A DNA stretch of 64,000 nt from an uncultured Psychroflexus sp. (GTDB lineage: Bacteria > Bacteroidota > Bacteroidia > Flavobacteriales > Flavobacteriaceae): positions 5,169 to 69,168 of the forward strand of contig CAJXLO010000002.1 of assembly GCA_913056525.1 (NCBI GenBank). The letters run 5' to 3'. Shown here piece by piece: positions 58,390 through 64,000 of this stretch. The notes beneath the pieces are model-generated. The model saw only the letters and a list, made by a program, of their open reading frames with translations, made no database searches and was not told the origin of the DNA. Position 1 is the stretch's first letter; every line of letters starts with the position of its first letter. Both the position numbers and the translations under genes were made by a program.

Positions 58390-60254
58390 GAAAGTTACTT
58401 CCATTGATTCTTGTAAGTGTTTCACTGGTGATATTTGCCGTTGACCTCTATTACATTCAGATAGTGGATGATAACTATAAGGAAGACGCAATAGACCTTT
58501 CTGTAAAGAAGAACTATGTATACCCGCAAAGGGGATATATTTATGACAGGGATGGAGAACTGCTTGTGGAAAATCAACCCGCTTACGATGTAATGGTCGT
58601 TCCTTTTCAGACCACTGATTTTGATACGCTTAAATTAGCTAACCTACTAGGAATGACTAAACAAAAATTAGATAATAAGATTCAACAAGCGATAAACTAC
58701 TCATGGAAGTTGCCTTCCAGGATACTTCCACAGCTTACAAAAGAAGAATATGCGGCCATTCAGGAAAGAATGTATAAATACGAAGGTTTTTATATACAGA
58801 AAAGGTCATTGAGAAGCTATGATACAGACCATGCTGCTAATGTCTTGGGATATATCGCTGAAGTAAACAGAAGGGATATTAAGAAGAATCCATACTATCA
58901 ATCTGGTGACCTGATAGGAAGACAAGGTGTAGAGCAACAATATGAAGAAGTGCTAAGAGGTGTTAGAGGAGTAGAGTATATTAAAAGAGATCGCTTTAAT
59001 AGAAATTTGGGCCCTTACAAGGATGGTTCTTATGATACTTTAGCTCAAAAAGGAAAAGATATTAGTTTGACTATTGATATTGACCTCCAAGCTTATGGAC
59101 AAAAGCTGATGAAAGGTAAAAGAGGTGGAATAGTAGCCCTGGAACCTGAAACCGGAGAGATTTTATCATTGGTCACTTCGCCAAACTATGACCCATCGCT
59201 ATTAGTAGGTAGAAAACGGTCCAGGAACTTCACTAAACTATGGAACGATACTATAGCCAAGCCTCTTTACGACAGAGGCTTACAGGCAGTCTATCCTCCA
59301 GGGTCCACATTTAAAGCACTTACAGGGCTCATAGCTCTACAAGAAGAAGTGGTGGATACAACGGAGAATTTTCATTGTTATGGCGGATACACTTATGCCA
59401 GAGGACAAAAGATGGGATGTCATGATCATAAGAATCCAGTAAGTATGATCAATGCGGTGGCACATTCTTGTAATTCTTATTTTGCTCAAGTTTATATGAG
59501 AACTATAGAAAAATATGATACTCCACAACAGGGGATCGACAATTGGCATGATCATTTAACCAGCTTTGGTTTGGGTGATTATCTCGGCTATGACCTTCCA
59601 ATAGGAAGAAAAGGATTCATTCCAGATGCGGACTATTATAATAGAGCGTATGAATATCCAAAATATGAATGGTATGCCAGTGCAACGATTTCAAATGCAA
59701 TAGGCCAGGGAGAAGTCCTGACCACACCGATCCAACTGGCCAACGTGATGGCCGCAATAGCCAATAGAGGTTGGTACAGAAAACCCCATATCATCAAAAA
59801 GATAGAAGGTCAACTTATTAAAAAAGATAAGTACCTGGAAAAAAACCAGACGACCATCGATAAAGAGAACTTCAAACCTATAATAAAAGGGTTACATGAT
59901 GTCTATGAATATGGAACAGCAAGGTTCCTAAGAGTTCCTGATATAGAGATGTGCGGGAAGACCGGAACGGCAGAGAACAAAACGGTAATAGACGGTGAGA
60001 CGGTTCAATTGACTGACCATTCGATCTTTGTAGCCTTTGCGCCTAAGGATGATCCGCAGATAGCACTTGCAGTCTTTGTTGAAAACGGTTATTGGGGGTC
60101 AAGATATGCAGGTAGAATTGCCAGTTTGATGACAGAAAAATATTTAAAAGGCAAGATTACAAGGAAAGACCTTGAGCAATGGATACTATCACACACACTA
60201 GAAGAAGAGTATGCTAAACCATTATCTGGAGAACCTTTTGAAATCAATCAATAA
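58386..60254 (+). CDS. mrdA: Penicillin-binding protein 2
   Basis: PQRGYIYDR, and catalytic motifs STFK, SCN and KTGT. Confidence 0.95.
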   Translation: MRKLLPLILVSVSLVIFAVDLYYIQIVDDNYKEDAIDLSVKKNYVYPQRGYIYDRDGELLVENQPAYDVMVVPFQTTDFDTLKLANLLGMTKQKLDNKIQQAINYSWKLPSRILPQLTKEEYAAIQERMYKYEGFYIQKRSLRSYDTDHAANVLGYIAEVNRRDIKKNPYYQSGDLIGRQGVEQQYEEVLRGVRGVEYIKRDRFNRNLGPYKDGSYDTLAQKGKDISLTIDIDLQAYGQKLMKGKRGGIVALEPETGEILSLVTSPNYDPSLLVGRKRSRNFTKLWNDTIAKPLYDRGLQAVYPPGSTFKALTGLIALQEEVVDTTENFHCYGGYTYARGQKMGCHDHKNPVSMINAVAHSCNSYFAQVYMRTIEKYDTPQQGIDNWHDHLTSFGLGDYLGYDLPIGRKGFIPDADYYNRAYEYPKYEWYASATISNAIGQGEVLTTPIQLANVMAAIANRGWYRKPHIIKKIEGQLIKKDKYLEKNQTTIDKENFKPIIKGLHDVYEYGTARFLRVPDIEMCGKTGTAENKTVIDGETVQLTDHSIFVAFAPKDDPQIALAVFVENGYWGSRYAGRIASLMTEKYLKGKITRKDLEQWILSHTLEEEYAKPLSGEPFEINQ

Positions 60255-60260
60255 TAATGT

Positions 60261-61508
60261 ATGCCTAGGATCCTCAATCAATTAGATTGGCTGTCGGTTT
60301 TATTGTATACGATTATCATCTGTATAGGATGGGCGATGATCTATTCGGCATCCCTCGAAACCACTGATCCGGAAATCCTCAATTTTTCAAAACCTTATGG
60401 AAGACAGATCATATGGATAGGCTTTAGTATTTTTCTTATTGTTCTGGTGCTTTCCCTGGATACTAAATTCCTTATCAGGTTCAGTAGTATCATCTACATT
60501 ATTTCCATATTGCTACTGGCCGGACTTTTTGTATTCGGAAAGTCCATAGCTGGTCAGGTAGCATGGTATTCTTTTGGTAGTTTTAGTTTTCAGCCAGCTG
60601 AGTTCACTAAGATCGCTGTAAGTCTTGCTATTTCTAAATATTTAAGCGAAATAAATGTAGTGCTAAAAAAGCCGCTGGTTCAGATAAAATCCTTATTGAT
60701 CATTATTATGCCTATGGCATTGATTTTAATGCAGCCCGATGCTGGCACCGCTCTGACCTTTCTAGCCTTTATTATACCGCTTTACAGAAAAGGGCTACCT
60801 CATGCTTATCTTGTGCTTGGAATCAGTGTGGTAGCCCTTTTCCTACTTACCTTGAAGTTCTCTGCAAGTTCTGTCTCCATCTCTGTTGGTTTGTTGTCCA
60901 TCATAGGATTGGTCCTGTTCAGAAAAAAGAAGGTCAACTACATTAAGTATTTCCTTTTCGTAGGTTTAGCAATAGGATTTGTATTCTCCGTCAATTTTGT
61001 TTTTAACAATGTGCTATTACCACATCAACAAGATAGGTTCGAAATACTTCTGGGGAACAAGACCGATATCAAAGGAACAGGCTTTAATACGTATCAAAGT
61101 AAAGTAGCCATAGGAAGTGGTGGACTTACCGGTAAAGGTTGGTTAAAGGGTACACAAACCCATGGAAAGTTCGTTCCTGCCCAACATACCGATTACATCT
61201 TCACCACACTTGCAGAAGAATGGGGTTTTATAGGAAGTATGACCGTGCTTTTGTTATACCTTTTCTTCATTATCCGTTTATTTATCATGGCGGAAAGACA
61301 GAAGAGGAACTTTAGTTTGATCTATGGTTATTGTGTTGCCAGCATACTCTTCATCCATTTTTTTATAAACATAGGGATGGTTATTGGGCTTCTTCCTACC
61401 ATAGGGATTCCATTGCCTTTGTTCAGTTATGGTGGATCATCGCTTTGGGGATTTACCATACTTATATTCCTCTTTCTAAAAATGGATGCTGAGCGAAAAC
61501 AATTGTAA
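60261..61508 (+). CDS. rodA: Rod shape-determining protein RodA
   Basis: QPAEFTK, QPDAGT, AIGSGG, HTDYIF, EEWGF and LPLFSYGGSS motifs. Confidence 0.95.
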   Translation: MPRILNQLDWLSVLLYTIIICIGWAMIYSASLETTDPEILNFSKPYGRQIIWIGFSIFLIVLVLSLDTKFLIRFSSIIYIISILLLAGLFVFGKSIAGQVAWYSFGSFSFQPAEFTKIAVSLAISKYLSEINVVLKKPLVQIKSLLIIIMPMALILMQPDAGTALTFLAFIIPLYRKGLPHAYLVLGISVVALFLLTLKFSASSVSISVGLLSIIGLVLFRKKKVNYIKYFLFVGLAIGFVFSVNFVFNNVLLPHQQDRFEILLGNKTDIKGTGFNTYQSKVAIGSGGLTGKGWLKGTQTHGKFVPAQHTDYIFTTLAEEWGFIGSMTVLLLYLFFIIRLFIMAERQKRNFSLIYGYCVASILFIHFFINIGMVIGLLPTIGIPLPLFSYGGSSLWGFTILIFLFLKMDAERKQL

Positions 61509-61548
61509 GGTTTCTATCGTATATATCACTAATGGATAAAAAAATAAG

Positions 61549-62301
61549 ATGATCAAGCATATTCTTCTCTCCTTCTTGATATCGATATTATTGCTCAATC
61601 CTTTTAATGAGAAGGTCCTGGCCAATAATGTAAAGTCTTCAGAACCACCTTCTCATCAGATATGGACAGAACTGCTCCAGGAACACGTCACGGAAGATGG
61701 TATGGTAGATTATAAAGGGTTCAGGGATGATAAAGACAAGCTTCTTAGCTATACAAAAAGATTATCTGATCATCCTCCTGCAGATAACTGGACGGAGAAC
61801 GAAAAGAAAGCCTATCTGATCAATACGTATAATGCATTTACCGTTTTGCTGATCGTAGATAACTATCCTTTAGAGAGCATTAAGGATATTGGCGGATTTC
61901 TAAGTAGTCCTTTCAGTAAGAAGTTTATAAAACTAGGTAAAGACACTTATTCCCTGAACGATGTGGAAAAAGGGATGTTGCTGAAAATGGGAGATGCCAG
62001 AGTTCATTTTGCCGTGAACTGTGCTTCTTTTTCTTGCCCAAAATTAGAAAATGAAGCTTTCATACCATCAAGACTGGACCAGCAATTAAATAAGGCCACA
62101 AAAGTATTTTTACGGTCCGATAAAAATCAAATATCTGAGGACGAATTGCGATTGTCTAAGATATTCAAGTGGTATGCTTCTGATTTTAAAGAACATAGCG
62201 GTTCTGTCATCAATTTTATAAATGAACATATCGATAAAAACATTCCGCCTGATATGGATACGGATCATCTAGATTACGACTGGAGCTTAAATGAAAAATA
62301 G
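61549..62301 (+). CDS. DUF547 domain exported protein
   Basis: Signal peptide, VDYKG, AYLINTYNA, DARVHFAVNCASFSCP, SKIFKWY and YDWSLN motifs. Confidence 0.9.
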   Translation: MIKHILLSFLISILLLNPFNEKVLANNVKSSEPPSHQIWTELLQEHVTEDGMVDYKGFRDDKDKLLSYTKRLSDHPPADNWTENEKKAYLINTYNAFTVLLIVDNYPLESIKDIGGFLSSPFSKKFIKLGKDTYSLNDVEKGMLLKMGDARVHFAVNCASFSCPKLENEAFIPSRLDQQLNKATKVFLRSDKNQISEDELRLSKIFKWYASDFKEHSGSVINFINEHIDKNIPPDMDTDHLDYDWSLNEK

Positions 62302-63004
62302 TGGTATAAACTCAGGAATAAGCATTATAATTCCCGTTCTGAACGAAGAGGCTATCATTAGCCATTGTTTAGAACATCTTATGGCCAATAGGTCATCTAC
62401 TGATCATGTTAAAGAGATTATCCTATCAGATGGTGGCAGCACTGATCAAACACTAGTCAGAGCTAAAAGACACCCATCAGTAAAGGTCATATCATCAAGG
62501 AAAGGAAGGCCTTTTCAGCTTAATGCCGGCGCAAGACAAGCATCGGGTGAAATTCTTTATTTCCTTCACGCCGATTCTTTTCCGCCTAAGAACTATGACC
62601 AACATATCAGGGATGCCGTCAAAAAAGGACATAAGGCAGGATGTTTTAGAATGAAGTTCAATACGGAGCATCCCTGGTTCAGGTTTATAAGTTGGCTTAC
62701 CATCTTCAACCATAAAGCTTGTCGTGGTGGCGATCAGAGCCAATTCATTACAAGAGACCTTTTCCAGCAGATCGGTGGTTATGATACGGATTATCTTATC
62801 TATGAAGACAATATGCTCATCGCTGAACTTTATGATCGAAATGAGTTCAAAGTGCTTCCCTTCTGGTTGGTCTCCTCTGCAAGAAGGTTCAAGAAGAAAG
62901 GGACGCTAAAACTCCAACTTCTCTTTTGGCTGATCTATCTTAAGAAGTTCTTAGGTGAACCGCCAGAAAAGCTCTATTCATTCTATAAGAAGTATATTGA
63001 TTAA
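62291..63004 (+). CDS. TIGR04283-like GT2 glycosyltransferase
   Basis: SIIIPVLNEE, DGGSTD, KGRPFQLNAGA, FLHADS, GGDQSQF, YED and SSARRF motifs. Confidence 0.88.
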   Translation: MKNSGINSGISIIIPVLNEEAIISHCLEHLMANRSSTDHVKEIILSDGGSTDQTLVRAKRHPSVKVISSRKGRPFQLNAGARQASGEILYFLHADSFPPKNYDQHIRDAVKKGHKAGCFRMKFNTEHPWFRFISWLTIFNHKACRGGDQSQFITRDLFQQIGGYDTDYLIYEDNMLIAELYDRNEFKVLPFWLVSSARRFKKKGTLKLQLLFWLIYLKKFLGEPPEKLYSFYKKYID

Positions 63005-63009
63005 ACAGT

Positions 63010-64000
63010 TTATTTCACACTTACAAATATCCCTTCTTCGGTTTTTTCCACCTCGACAAGCTCTTTTTTCCGTAGACTTTTTAGGGATCGGTCCCATTTT
63101 TTATTGCTTAGGCCTACTTTATCCTTCAGTTCCTGGATGCTTTGGGGAGACTCAGCCTGCAAGGGTTCTAATATCCCTTTCTCATCTTCGGTAAGTTCTA
63201 TCTTCTTTTGTTCTGGCTTCATCTGGGGGAACAAGAGCACTTCTTGAATGGATTGATTATCCGTCAGGAACATGGCCAATCTATCTATCCCAATGCCCAG
63301 ACCTGATGCAGGTGGCATTCCGTATTCCAGCGCGCGCAGGAAATCCTCATCTATGAATTGAGAAGCCTCTTCATCGCCTTTCTCGGCTAATTTGAGCTGT
63401 TCTTCAAAGCGTTCACGCTGATCAATAGGATCGTTAAGCTCAGAATAAGCATTCGCGATCTCTTTTCCGCAGGTGATCAGTTCAAATCTTTCGGTCAGTT
63501 CTGGGTTGTCCCTGTGCTTTTTACAAAGCGGGCTCATCTCCACTGGATAATCCGTTATGAAAGTAGGTTGGATGTAGTTCGATTCGCACTTTTCCCCGAA
63601 CATCTCATCGATGATCTTTCCTTTGCCCATATCTTCCGTGATCTCCAGGCCTAAAGAGATCGCAGCTTTTCTGATCTCTTCTTCACTTTTGTCAGTGATA
63701 TCAAATCCTGTGTGTTCTTTTATGGCTTCTGCCATCGTAATGCGAGGATAAGGTGCTTTGAAATCTATTTTCTGTCCATTAAAGCTGGCTTTCGTACTGC
63801 CATTAACATCAAAAGCGCATTTCTCCAGTAATTTTTCCGTGAAATCCATCATCCAGTTGTAATCCTTGTAGGCTACATAGATCTCCATAGCTGTAAATTC
63901 CGGATTGTGCGTCCTGTCCATTCCCTCGTTCCTGAAGTTCTTAGAGAATTCATAAACGCCTTCAAAGCCACCAACGATGAGTCGTTTTAAATATAGCTCG
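63010..64000 (-). CDS. lysS: Lysine--tRNA ligase, class II (partial; 5' end beyond window)
   Basis: The frame is open from the window edge ([36 protein letters not shown]); [14 protein letters not shown] and [16 protein letters not shown] motifs. Confidence 0.97.
   Translation of the reverse strand, partial: ELYLKRLIVGGFEGVYEFSKNFRNEGMDRTHNPEFTAMEIYVAYKDYNWMMDFTEKLLEKCAFDVNGSTKASFNGQKIDFKAPYPRITMAEAIKEHTGFDITDKSEEEIRKAAISLGLEITEDMGKGKIIDEMFGEKCESNYIQPTFITDYPVEMSPLCKKHRDNPELTERFELITCGKEIANAYSELNDPIDQRERFEEQLKLAEKGDEEASQFIDEDFLRALEYGMPPASGLGIGIDRLAMFLTDNQSIQEVLLFPQMKPEQKKIELTEDEKGILEPLQAESPQSIQELKDKVGLSNKKWDRSLKSLRKKELVEVEKTEEGIFVSVK

Noticed and set aside
1-64000. CRISPR arrays, tRNA/rRNA genes, IS elements, prophage, defence systems, selenocysteine read-through
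   Set aside because: I saw no spaced direct repeats, cloverleaf or rRNA signatures, transposase/integrase motifs or in-frame TGA-split genes. The intergenic gaps are mostly short and accounted for.

Overview
A 64-kb window of mostly core chromosome from a Bacteroidota (Flavobacteriaceae-like) bacterium. The assignment rests on TAnnTTTG promoters, type IX secretion (T9SS) substrates, a PorP/SprF gene and alternative complex III; the very acidic secreted proteins suggest a saline habitat (inference). Gene order: DUF2064/TIGR04282-like gene, Oar-type TonB-dependent receptor (TBDR) and a lipoprotein nucleoside hydrolase (minus strand, truncated by the window edge); SPOR protein; actABCDEF plus aa3 oxidase subunits II and I, preceded by a near-consensus flavobacterial Fur-box palindrome; a LuxE-like gene; a lipoprotein-TBDR-T9SS protein cassette divergent from a PhoB/PhoR-like pair; housekeeping genes (trmB, maeB, gpsA, prs-rplY-pth-ribF, hflX) with a vitamin K-dependent carboxylase-like HTTM gene; two T9SS type-B adhesin-like proteins with porP/sprF and an OmpA protein; M28 peptidase; OmpA; purH-mreBCD-mrdA-rodA; DUF547 plus a TIGR04283-like glycosyltransferase; 3' part of lysS. 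I saw no rRNA, tRNA, CRISPR array or mobile element. The most notable unannotated signals are three. (1) A candidate ~80-nt small RNA at 16635-16713 (minus strand) with an ECF-sigma-like promoter, its own terminator, and a body complementary to a generic Bacteroidota translation start. (2) The DUF2064-TBDR-nucleoside hydrolase operon, whose leader protein ends in an arrest-peptide-like KGPP tail. (3) A probably phosphate-regulated uptake cassette containing a secreted protein with nuclease accessory domains but no catalytic domain. Family calls come from motif recognition only; no database search was run.
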